Virus record (IMG/VR): IMGVR_UViG_3300028888_000049
Source: a virus
Taxonomy: Duplodnaviria; Caudoviricetes
Strand: one strand, 5' to 3'
Length of the DNA: 64,000 bases
In this document: piece by piece, positions 1-8,609 of the stretch
Numbering within the stretch: position 1 is the stretch's first letter
How the letters are laid out: every line of letters starts with the position of its first letter
Translations under genes and position numbers: made by a program
The notes under the pieces: model-generated
Seen by the model: only the letters and a program-made list of their open reading frames with translations
Databases searched by the model: none
What the model was told of the DNA's origin: nothing

Positions 1-400
1 TTCTAGCAACTTCTTGATAATTTTCACCGTATATCTGTCCATTACAATAACCCATATCTTCACCCCATAAACAATACCAATCTTCTGGAATTCTTTCATC
101 TGTTATTGCAATAAACGGATATTTTTCATCTACTTGAAACATAGTAATTTCAACTTCATTGTCTAAAAGAAATCTACTTCTTGCTTCTCTAAAATTTTCA
201 CAATTAAAGTTACATACCATAAATCCTAGTCCCATTCCTTCTTCAATCATAGATTCATTTAAATTTGGAATTTGGTACTCTTTTTTTACATTCATTGAAA
301 AATAATTACCATATGGCAAAGGGTAATCTTCATTATGAATCCCAACTAAAGACATTGTAGCAATGTTTGCTGAAACTTTTGTTTTATGTGTTTTAATCAT
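1..400 (-). CDS. hypothetical protein, partial (runs off the window start)
   Basis: ATG at 400 overlapping the upstream stop, GGAG RBS; hand-translated open frame MIKTHKTKVSANIATMSLVG... with no stop to position 1; absent from the ORF track. Confidence 0.75.
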   Translation of the reverse strand, partial: MIKTHKTKVSANIATMSLVGIHNEDYPLPYGNYFSMNVKKEYQIPNLNESMIEEGMGLGFMVCNFNCENFREARSRFLLDNEVEITMFQVDEKYPFIAITDERIPEDWYCLWGEDMGYCNGQIYGENYQEVAR

Positions 401-690
401 TCTTCATTCTCCGTCTTGATTTCTAATTCGCCATAATCTTTTATGATTTTTCTTTTTAGATAACCGAAATCGTAGTATTTAACATAAAAATCACTCATAC
501 AAAGATATGGAAAATATACACTACCACAACTTTTTATACAAAGTGTATATTGTTCAAGTCCATTTTCATTTCTTTCAATCTTAAATTGGCTACTTATTGA
601 ATAAGTTTCTTTATTATTTTGTCTTATTTCAACCGTGTTAAACTTATACTCACCTCTTTTAAGAGTTTTAACATAATCTTTAACTTTCAT
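397..690 (-). CDS. hypothetical protein
   Basis: 97 aa ORF, GGAG RBS, tightly packed small-gene array. Confidence 0.75.
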   Translation of the reverse strand: MKVKDYVKTLKRGEYKFNTVEIRQNNKETYSISSQFKIERNENGLEQYTLCIKSCGSVYFPYLCMSDFYVKYYDFGYLKRKIIKDYGELEIKTENEE

Positions 691-693
691 TCT

Positions 694-900
694 TCATTCT
701 CCCTTAAATTCTTTGCTGTTTACAGCTTCTTGCAGACTTGAGTATTCGGTGATTAAAATACTGTGTTTATTAAAATATTCATGTGAAAAAACGCCTAAAC
801 CCTCTAAAAATAAGACATCTATATAAGGTAATTTTTTATTATAATTGTATATAATGCCTATATCATTATCTATTTTATAGATTTGTCCTACTTTTATCAT
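694..900 (-). CDS. small paralogous family protein (MIKVGQ...QEAVNSKEF)
   Basis: 68 aa; shares N-terminal MIKVGQ and C-terminal EYxxxQEAVNSKEFxGE with 904..1122. Confidence 0.8.
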   Translation of the reverse strand: MIKVGQIYKIDNDIGIIYNYNKKLPYIDVLFLEGLGVFSHEYFNKHSILITEYSSLQEAVNSKEFKGE

Positions 901-903
901 TCT

Positions 904-1122
904 TTATTCTCCATTAAATTCCTTACTGTTCACAGCTTCTTGCCAAGTTGGATATTCGGCAAGTAATTTACAAAATGTAAAAGTATTTCCTTCATAACTA
1001 TCTGTCGTGTATCCATCCATGTAAACAATACTAATTTGACCTACATAATCTTCTTCTTTAGTAGATGTTACAACAACTTTATATTCATTTGACGTTTGCC
1101 ATACTTGTCCAACTTTAATCAT
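904..1122 (-). CDS. small paralogous family protein (MIKVGQ...QEAVNSKEF)
   Basis: 72 aa paralog of 694..900. Confidence 0.8.
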   Translation of the reverse strand: MIKVGQVWQTSNEYKVVVTSTKEEDYVGQISIVYMDGYTTDSYEGNTFTFCKLLAEYPTWQEAVNSKEFNGE

Positions 1123-1138
1123 CGTTTATTTTCCTTTA

Positions 1139-1894
1139 TTATAATGCAAAAAATTCCCACTTCTTCTTTTTACAATATTCTAATGCACTATTATGTAAAT
1201 TGCAAGAAGAACAATTGTTACATGGTTTTTTATCAACACAACCTGGATATTGACAATATGAACAATATTTTAACAATTTATGTTCATGTAAATACCACAA
1301 AATATATTTCTTTTCTATCCATTCAAAGGGTAAATATAAAGTAGCATTAGCCTTACTCATTAAATTTATATTTTCGAAAATATTATTGAATTTATCTATA
1401 AAGTGCCATATATCATCATTTTTTATATATCCAAATGAGATTAAACGATTATTACCTCTAATAAAGTTAGCTATCGTACTTAAAAACAATTGTGGCTGAA
1501 CAATACCTCCATAATTACCATAATCATAATAATCACCATCTTCTTTAATTTCAAATATAATGTGGTTAACTGACATTTTTCGTTTTTTGAATATCTTAAG
1601 TAATTGTTTTTGAGCAATTATATCAACAGGATAGCTTCCAAATCTATCATAATGTATAGAAACAAGATTAATAGTTTTATGAAACTTTTCCCATAAATAT
1701 AATACCAAAGCTGTAGAATCACATCCACCACTCCATAAAACAAAAATATCCGAAATAGTTTCTGGGGTTTTTACATAATCACCATAATTATCATTTACCC
1801 AATTAAAAAACTCAGAACCAATTATGTCTTCTTGTGTATTCATAACTTTCCTATTCAATCTATATTTATTTTCCTTTAATGGTTTCAAATTCAA
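1139..1894 (-). CDS. queC: QueC-like PP-loop ATPase (7-cyano-7-deazaguanine synthase family)
   Basis: VLWSGGCDST PP-loop; C-terminal YC...PCNNCSSC zinc site; true start may be the downstream MNTQE. Confidence 0.75.
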   Translation of the reverse strand: MNLKPLKENKYRLNRKVMNTQEDIIGSEFFNWVNDNYGDYVKTPETISDIFVLWSGGCDSTALVLYLWEKFHKTINLVSIHYDRFGSYPVDIIAQKQLLKIFKKRKMSVNHIIFEIKEDGDYYDYGNYGGIVQPQLFLSTIANFIRGNNRLISFGYIKNDDIWHFIDKFNNIFENINLMSKANATLYLPFEWIEKKYILWYLHEHKLLKYCSYCQYPGCVDKKPCNNCSSCNLHNSALEYCKKKKWEFFAL

Positions 1895-2054
1895 TTACAC
1901 GTTCATCATAACTGGTTAAACAAAATTGTTTAATTTGAACTTCTTTTCCATCAACCTTAAAAATTAAGTCTATATCAAGGTTAGGATCCTCATTATTTAA
2001 TTTCTTTTCACCTGTAATGATATTTAATTTATCTAAGAATTCTAATCTTTTCAT
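1866..2054 (-). CDS. hypothetical protein
   Basis: 62 aa, strong AAGGAG RBS, first gene after an early-type promoter. Confidence 0.75.
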   Translation of the reverse strand: MKRLEFLDKLNIITGEKKLNNEDPNLDIDLIFKVDGKEVQIKQFCLTSYDERVIEFETIKGK

Positions 2055-2073
2055 ATTTTTTCTCCTTTTTAAA

Positions 2074-2102
2074 AATTTATTATGAAAAAAAATATTTGTA
2101 AA
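2074..2102 (-). promoter_or_regulatory. sigma70-type early promoter TTTACA-N17-TAAATT
   Basis: same TTTACA -35 with an AT-rich -10 about 17 nt away also at 10537-42(-), 10576-81(+), 19419-24(-), 46666-71(-), mostly ahead of non-structural genes. Confidence 0.65.
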
Positions 2103-2137
2103 GCAAAAAATTTTTTTAAAATACTGTTTTTAATACT

Positions 2138-2149
2138 GTTCTATAAAAA
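2138..2149 (+). promoter_or_regulatory. putative late promoter GTTCTA-N6
   Basis: one of at least 15 intergenic, gene-oriented copies (listed in findings). Confidence 0.65.
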
Positions 2150-2196
2150 TAGTTATTACTAATTTTTACTTCATTAACAATAAAGAGTTTCAATAA

Positions 2197-2598
2197 ATGA
2201 TCCGATCAAAATTAGATCCAGAAACTAAAATGGAATTATTAATTAAATTAGCTTTTGGAATTCCTTATGAACTTTTAGAAGCTGAATATGATATGACTAA
2301 AGCTAAAATTATCAATTTGCGTAAAAATAATTATGTAAAATACAATGAATTTTTTGATTATTGGAGAATTGATAAAGAAGTAGCAAATTTAGGATTAACA
2401 CCAAAAAATGAGAGAGCATTAAGTGTTATTAAAAAATTCTATAAAGATAAAGTACGTATTGTTTCAAGTGATGAGATATATTTCAACAATAAATTCTGTT
2501 CTTTTATAGATATTATCAATTTAGCAGATCAAGTTTTACAAAAAGATAATATATATTGTTTTAAACAATTATCAGTTTATATGAAAAATTATTACTAA
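2197..2598 (+). CDS. hypothetical protein, possible N-terminal helix-turn-helix
   Basis: 133 aa; GIPYELLEAEYDMTKAKIINLR resembles an HTH. Confidence 0.55.
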   Translation: MIRSKLDPETKMELLIKLAFGIPYELLEAEYDMTKAKIINLRKNNYVKYNEFFDYWRIDKEVANLGLTPKNERALSVIKKFYKDKVRIVSSDEIYFNNKFCSFIDIINLADQVLQKDNIYCFKQLSVYMKNYY

Positions 2599-2611
2599 AA
2601 AGGAGATATTA

Positions 2612-3016
2612 ATGTCAGTTACAAAAAAGAATATAGATATTTCTAAAGAAGAACTTACTAAGCAGCAATGGGCTTCTAAAACAAAAGGAGTATTTATGAA
2701 TATGCTATCTGGCGTATTCTATAATCCTCAAGATGGTAAATATCATATGCCTCCTATTCAATATTCAGATTGCAGTTTAGAAGGTGAAAAGATTAAATTT
2801 GCAAATGGACAAGAATTAACTGTTATTTTTTCTTGTTTAGCTGAAGAATTTGAACATAAACAGGAAGTTAAAGATCAATGGTGGGCAAAAGCTCGTGAAG
2901 TTAAAGAAAGTTACCTAAAACAAAAACAAATCGAAGAGCATGTTGCTTCTAATGACGTAGATCTTAAAAAATTACGTAAACAAGGTGCTTTGGAAGTAGA
3001 CGATGCCTCAAAATAG
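2612..3016 (+). CDS. hypothetical protein
   Basis: 134 aa, AAGGAG RBS. Confidence 0.75.
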   Translation: MSVTKKNIDISKEELTKQQWASKTKGVFMNMLSGVFYNPQDGKYHMPPIQYSDCSLEGEKIKFANGQELTVIFSCLAEEFEHKQEVKDQWWAKAREVKESYLKQKQIEEHVASNDVDLKKLRKQGALEVDDASK

Positions 3017-3290
3017 TACATATTCTAAAGTTAAAACTATTGCAGAAGATACCGGTCTTAATGAAATGGAAGTAGCATATGTTCTTTATGATTATTTAAC
3101 ATGGTGTCTTCAAGAAGTTTTGATTGACGGTGAATCTAAAACATTATTTGGTGTATTAAAACTTAATAAAGATGATGTTTTGGAATTACAGCATGATAAA
3201 GAAGGTCTTATTAAGCTATTAGATAAAAGTAGTAGAATTACATTATTAAAAATATGTGAAAAAGGACCTGAAGCTAGGATTTTTGATTAA
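3003..3290 (+). CDS. divergent HU/IHF-like DNA-binding protein
   Basis: IAEDTGLNEMEVAYVL...EVLIDGESKTLFGVL follows the HU pattern; 95 aa. Confidence 0.5.
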   Translation: MPQNSTYSKVKTIAEDTGLNEMEVAYVLYDYLTWCLQEVLIDGESKTLFGVLKLNKDDVLELQHDKEGLIKLLDKSSRITLLKICEKGPEARIFD

Positions 3291-3676
3291 TGCCATACTT
3301 TGTTAAAACCGAATTTCAATGTTTTGATGATCTTAATGATATTATTGAGGAATCTTTTAACGATTGTATATCTAATCGAGAAGAAATTGCATGGTTAATA
3401 TCATTAATAAGAAATTTATTAAATCTTAGAAACAGAAGATATGATTTTAATAAAGATAATATACGTATTAATTGGTGGCAAGATAATTTATATGAACCAT
3501 TAGAAAATTGGAAACGATATTATAATTTATCAACAAGCTTACCAAGACAAGAATGGATAAAACACGATGACTACCAAAGGCAAGACACTTCAATCACACG
3601 TAAGACAACATACAGACGCAAAAAGACCAAAAAACGCGATAGAAGCTTTATTAAACCAAGCGGAACTCTCTTTTGA
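3290..3676 (+). CDS. hypothetical protein
   Basis: 128 aa, TAATG coupling; basic tail overlaps the next ORF. Confidence 0.65.
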   Translation: MPYFVKTEFQCFDDLNDIIEESFNDCISNREEIAWLISLIRNLLNLRNRRYDFNKDNIRINWWQDNLYEPLENWKRYYNLSTSLPRQEWIKHDDYQRQDTSITRKTTYRRKKTKKRDRSFIKPSGTLF

Positions 3677-4139
3677 AGACTTATCATCAAGTGAAATGGT
3701 TCTTATTATGGCTACTATGTTAGAATCTAGAGGATATCATGGTATGCTTGAACTTATGTCGGCTCTAGAAAAACCAGAAATATTGATAAAAATCATTAGA
3801 TTATTCTACGGTATGACTATTCAAATACCACCTCTTAGAGATTGGATAGATACTATGAATACTATTGAATATATATTTCTTCGCTTTCATAAAGAAAAAA
3901 TGACTGATACACTTACTAGAGATTATATGGGTATTTCAGAATTCGATGAAGAAAGATATATTGAAATCTTTGATAACTGGGTTCAATATTTAGCAAATAA
4001 TAACTGTGACTTATCAGCTATAATGCATATGAATAGTAATGCTCTAACAAAACGTTATAAAAATGTCACAAAACGTCGTTTAAGAAGAAATATTAAGCGC
4101 ACAACTAAGCCAAAAATATACAAGCCTAAGGAATCTTAG
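3567..4139 (+). CDS. hypothetical protein, possible Mor-like regulator
   Basis: IRLFYGMTIQIP resembles the Mor dimerisation motif; basic C-terminus. Confidence 0.5.
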   Translation: MTTKGKTLQSHVRQHTDAKRPKNAIEALLNQAELSFEDLSSSEMVLIMATMLESRGYHGMLELMSALEKPEILIKIIRLFYGMTIQIPPLRDWIDTMNTIEYIFLRFHKEKMTDTLTRDYMGISEFDEERYIEIFDNWVQYLANNNCDLSAIMHMNSNALTKRYKNVTKRRLRRNIKRTTKPKIYKPKES

Positions 4140-4189
4140 ATTTTAAACTGTTCTAATTATATAGTATTTAACATTAAAGGATAACTTTT

Positions 4190-4858
4190 ATGGAAAACGA
4201 TACACCAAAAGTATGGAATAACGCTGCAGTAATGGTCCAAGACGAATATCCACAACAAGAAATGGTAGAAGTTCAAGAAGAAAAACCTCTTCCTTCTATT
4301 GAAGAACAACAAAGAGAACTTGAAAAGAGTGGTATTACTGGTATTAACTACAATATGGTTAATACTCTTATAGAAATGAATAAAGTTGCTCAACTTCTTC
4401 AAACAGTTCGTGCTACAGAATCTGAAGATGGTCGTAGAGCCGTATTAAGATCATTCTGTGAAGGTTTTGTACATGCAAGAATGCAAAATAATATCGTTGC
4501 AGAAACTCTTAAAGCTAAACTTCTTGCTAGATTACTTCAGAATATCGATAGATTAGACCTTTCTACAGCTGCTCAAATCTATATTGACTTAACACAAACT
4601 ATGGCAGTAGATACTCAAATGGCTATGTCTGCTATTAACGGAATGAATCCTAGTGCCACAACTCCTATTTCATCTGGTGTAACTGTAAACATTAGTAATG
4701 CATCGGGTGATACTCCTACTATTACTAATAATACTCTGAATACAGATCAAGGAGCTGCTCAACTAAAAGAAGTATCTCTCCTTAATAATAACGTTAAAGC
4801 CTGGAGTAATAATACTATTCCAACGCAAGCTTCTATTAAGAAAATTGGAAATAAATAA
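4190..4858 (+). CDS. candidate terminase small subunit
   Basis: helical 222 aa protein directly upstream of terL, behind the late promoter at 4150; positional inference. Confidence 0.45.
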   Translation: MENDTPKVWNNAAVMVQDEYPQQEMVEVQEEKPLPSIEEQQRELEKSGITGINYNMVNTLIEMNKVAQLLQTVRATESEDGRRAVLRSFCEGFVHARMQNNIVAETLKAKLLARLLQNIDRLDLSTAAQIYIDLTQTMAVDTQMAMSAINGMNPSATTPISSGVTVNISNASGDTPTITNNTLNTDQGAAQLKEVSLLNNNVKAWSNNTIPTQASIKKIGNK

Positions 4859-4885
4859 TCTAATACTAAAAAAAGAGGATACTTA

Positions 4886-7369
4886 ATGGAAACGTTACCT
4901 GAAGATATAGAACGTAAACTAGAAAACTTACCAGTTGTTTCATTTGATGCTAGTGATGAATTACCTCGAGTATTAGCTACTCAAGATTTTATTGATATAT
5001 TCAATTATTACAAAGAACACTTTTTACCAGATGTCCTTAAATCACAACCAGAAATATATCAAAAAGTAAGTCTATATCTAACATTAACCGGTCAAGATAC
5101 AGCATTTGCTAACCAAACAGATCAAGTTCTCTTTAGAAGACCTGTACCAACTATGGAAGAATTTCTAAATGATGACTTCTATCATGGCAAACTAACTGCT
5201 ACAATGTATCCATACTGGAAAGAACAGCTATGTAATATCTTCAGAGAAAATTCACCAGTACGAAAAGTAATCTTTGGAGGATCAATAGGATCGGGAAAAA
5301 GCACCATTGCTCGTAAAGCTATCGTATACTCTTTATACAGAGCATTATGTCTAAGATATCCTAGAGCTGCATTTAACGTCGATGAAGATACTACTCTTGC
5401 TAACTTCATTGTATCAGTTACTATTAAACAAGTATTTGATACTAACTTAATGCCATTCGTAAGTCTATTAAATAATATGCCTTGCTTTCAATCAGTACGT
5501 CATATCACTTCTTTCGATGGTTTTAATTTAGACGATCCTTACTGTCCAATACCATTCTGGGTTGAAAAATCTTCAGGTACTATATTCTTCCCAAATAACT
5601 TCATCTTATCAGCAGGATCACAAGTACAACATACTATTGGTTACTCTATCATTAACTCTTTCTGCTTTACTGAAAACACTAAAGTATATACAAACAAAGG
5701 TATCTTAACATTCAAAGAATTAGAAAACAGATTTAAAAACAATGAATCCTTTACAACAAAATCAATAACAAATACTAAAGAAATTATAGACTCTAACATA
5801 ACTAATGTACAAATAACAGGATATAAACAAGACTTTATAAAAATATATATCACAGACACAGATTATATTGAATGCACTCCCGAACATCCCTTTGTTATAG
5901 CTAATCCAAAAGAAAACGATCCATTCTTAATATACGAAAACGGAATACCATACAAATATACTAAAGACTTAACAGAAAAAGATGAACTAGAAGAAGGAAA
6001 TTCATCTATAAAAATTAAAAAGATCGAAAAAGTACATTATGATGAACCAAAACCAGTCTATGACTTAACAGTAGATAGTAAATACCATAATTTCCTCATC
6101 AATCGTGGTCTTAATATTTTTACCCACAATTGTGATGAAATTAATGAGCGTGGCGTTGAAACGGCTATTAATTTCCTTAACTCAATTGATAACCGCTTCA
6201 GTTCGAGATTCCAAGGCAGTCCGTTTGTCTTCCAAGCGGTTGTCTCTTCGGCTCGAACCACAAACAGTCCTATTGGTGAGTATATTAAGCATTTACCCAA
6301 GAATGATCCTAGTATTGAGATCTTGTCTCCTTGTTTGTGGGAAGTAAAGCCTGACCCGAACTTTATTGGAGATGGCACAACGTTTCCTGTTCTCGTTGGC
6401 AATGGTTCTATACCTTCTAGTATTATTACAGATGAAGCAACTTTAAAGGCTATAGATGAAGGTAAGTATGTCGAGCCAACAGGTTGTAGTTTAATTCACG
6501 TGCCAACAGTTTATAGATCAAAGTTCGAATTACAATTAGATCAGTCTATACAAGATATTGCTGGTATGACTACATCTGATAATAATATGGTATTTAGAGA
6601 TACGTCTAGATTAGAAGATACTGCATTATTACCAGAGTTATATATGGAAGCTAATATACGTGATAATATTAATTTATTAGATTTATTACCAGTAGATAGA
6701 ATATTTGAGAAAGGTCTTAATAATAGATGGTATTTTAAGAGAGCTCCTAATGCACCTAGGTTCTGTCATGTCGACTTAGGTGGATCAGGAGAACGAAATT
6801 GTGATACTGCATTATGTATTGGTCATAAAGAGTGGAAGAATAATACTGTAACTAACATGAGAGATACTATATATGTAGTAGATATGTTAATATTTGTTAC
6901 AGCACCAATTAAAGTAGATTTAAAAGCTATTGAAAACTTTCTTATAGGTCTTGTTAAAGTATATAATGCACCTATACATACTGTTTCTTTTGACCAATGG
7001 CAATCTCTTGTTATGACACAAAATCTAGAAGTATCTGGATGTTTTACTGAGGTTAAAAAAGTATCAGTAGATCTTAAACCAGAACCATATATGAATGCTG
7101 CTAGATTAATGGAATTAGGACAAGTTAAAATAGGCGCATGTCCAAAACTTAAAAAAGAATTAGAAGCTCTTATTTTTGAAAAAGGTAGAGTAACAAGAAC
7201 TACCGAACTTAAAGATGGCGCTGACGTATTAACTGGATTTATTTATGATGCTCAAATGTGTACTGAAGCCACTCCAATAGATAGATATAAAAACGCTGGA
7301 GCAGTTAAATTCGATAAAGGATATAAACTCTATATTAATAAAGATGAATACTTAACAGACTTGTTCTAA
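4886..7369 (+). CDS. terL: terminase large subunit with intein
   Basis: GSIGSGKS Walker A; IINSF/CDE Walker B split by the intein; VVSSA motif III; CHVDLG and KDGADVLTG RNase H-like nuclease motifs. Confidence 0.92.
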   Translation: METLPEDIERKLENLPVVSFDASDELPRVLATQDFIDIFNYYKEHFLPDVLKSQPEIYQKVSLYLTLTGQDTAFANQTDQVLFRRPVPTMEEFLNDDFYHGKLTATMYPYWKEQLCNIFRENSPVRKVIFGGSIGSGKSTIARKAIVYSLYRALCLRYPRAAFNVDEDTTLANFIVSVTIKQVFDTNLMPFVSLLNNMPCFQSVRHITSFDGFNLDDPYCPIPFWVEKSSGTIFFPNNFILSAGSQVQHTIGYSIINSFCFTENTKVYTNKGILTFKELENRFKNNESFTTKSITNTKEIIDSNITNVQITGYKQDFIKIYITDTDYIECTPEHPFVIANPKENDPFLIYENGIPYKYTKDLTEKDELEEGNSSIKIKKIEKVHYDEPKPVYDLTVDSKYHNFLINRGLNIFTHNCDEINERGVETAINFLNSIDNRFSSRFQGSPFVFQAVVSSARTTNSPIGEYIKHLPKNDPSIEILSPCLWEVKPDPNFIGDGTTFPVLVGNGSIPSSIITDEATLKAIDEGKYVEPTGCSLIHVPTVYRSKFELQLDQSIQDIAGMTTSDNNMVFRDTSRLEDTALLPELYMEANIRDNINLLDLLPVDRIFEKGLNNRWYFKRAPNAPRFCHVDLGGSGERNCDTALCIGHKEWKNNTVTNMRDTIYVVDMLIFVTAPIKVDLKAIENFLIGLVKVYNAPIHTVSFDQWQSLVMTQNLEVSGCFTEVKKVSVDLKPEPYMNAARLMELGQVKIGACPKLKKELEALIFEKGRVTRTTELKDGADVLTGFIYDAQMCTEATPIDRYKNAGAVKFDKGYKLYINKDEYLTDLF
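5663..6130 (+). mobile_element. mini-intein (156 aa, no endonuclease domain)
   Basis: starts CFTENTKV; block B ECTPEHPF; block F VYDLTV; ends THN followed by extein Cys. Confidence 0.93.
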
Positions 7370-8472
7370 GAAGCTATCAAACCAAATGTAAAACTCTTCT
7401 AATGTCCAAAACTCATACCAGTTAAGATTATTCTTCTCTGCACACATTCTCTTTTCTGGATCAGTTATAGTCCACACCTCAATACAACTCTCAAAAAAGG
7501 GATCATCTTCGTGACTCTTCCACTCTTCTAATAATTGACGATGATCTTCTCTCTTTTCATCATAAGGACCAAGTATTACATCACCAGACTTTCCATGACT
7601 CATAAAGCCTTGATATTCAATAAAAATATCATATGTTAGTAAATAAAAATCACATAAGTAAGGATAACGATCATCAACATGCTCATATTCTACAGCAATT
7701 CCGCACTTAAAAAACAATTATATATCTCTACTTCAGCATTAGAACGAACTTTAGTACCATCTAAACATTCTTTAGCTTTTACATAAGAACCAAATGTCAT
7801 CGTACCATTTTCTTTTTTTGTCTTATATATTTTAGCCATTCTTTTAGAATCTCTTTCTTTATCTTTAAAAATAGCTTTAAATTCATCTGTTTCTGGATAC
7901 GAATAGACTTTATACTTTTTAAATATACCATCTTTACGAGCTTGAGTTATTTTATCTTTTTCTTCTTGTGATTTATTATTCCAAGTTTCACTACACTTTT
8001 TAGAGTTACAATAATTTTTATCTCCATATCTTTCAAGTTTAGTTTGTTGCATTTTTTCTAATAATTTTTTACTTGCTCCACCATTACCACCGTATAATTC
8101 TACTGTTTTAGCTCTACCATTTAATTTAGGATCCTTTGAAGACCAATTATGTTTTACTCCATGTCGTTGTAACATAGTATTTTCATATTTTTCTTTTGCT
8201 TTTTTCTTATCTTCATCAGACATATTATGTTTTGCTTCAGATAACATTTTAGAATATTCTTCTGTCTTTTTAAAAGCACTATAACATTTCATACAACAAA
8301 AACTATATTTCCAATTTTTCTTTACTTTTTGATAAAATGATTTTCCACAAGTATGACATACTGCATTCGGTTTACGATTATCATAATACTCTTTCTGACA
8401 TTCTTTACAGCAAAACTTTTTAGTATTTTTTATAGTTTTACCACAGTTTAAACACGTTCTTGTAACTTTCAT
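7352..8472 (-). CDS. homing-endonuclease-like gene (Zn fingers, repeats, VSR/DUF559-like nuclease) split by a -1 frame change
   Basis: ORFs 7690..8472 and 7352..7717 join at T_TTT_TTA (7714-7708) into a product whose nuclease domain is collinear with paralog 47687..49141 (CDFY..IEYQG..HG..WT..DP.KR). Confidence 0.8.
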
Positions 8473-8506
8473 AAGATTTCACTCCTTTTTATTCTTTCTA
8501 TATACA

Positions 8507-8603
8507 GTGGCTATTCTCATCCGTACACGATTATTCTTCTGTTTCTAATAACAAAAAAGAGACCATATTTCAGATCTCTTTGTAATTGACTGAGAATAGC
8601 TAC
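8507..8603 (+). ncRNA. candidate ~97-nt structured small RNA
   Basis: 13-bp terminal stem GTGGCTATTCTCA/TGAGAATAGCTAC; starts N6 after TTTCTA. Confidence 0.5.
8553..8581 (-). terminator. intrinsic terminator after the tail tube gene
   Basis: GAGATC-loop-GGTCTC followed by TTTTTT on the minus strand. Confidence 0.65.
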
Positions 8604-8609
8604 CTCTTG

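Larger units (their letters stand above)
398..1134 (-). repeat. repeated gene-junction motif GGAGAAT(G/A)AAGAATG
   Basis: copies at 398-412, 688-702, 898-912 and a degenerate one at 1120-1134; each supplies RBS and ATG of the next gene. Confidence 0.7.

Noticed and set aside
5182-6402. Short antisense or alternate-frame ORFs inside terL, and similar ones at 8586, 8853, 15378, 17024, 17276, 25244-26846, 40103-40743, 58084-59644
   Set aside because: Shadows of real genes with no RBS or recognisable motifs.
8507-8604. tRNA-His-like gene (GTGGCTA...TAGCTAC ends)
   Set aside because: Only the terminal stem resembles an acceptor stem; no D arm, TTC loop or anticodon arm.
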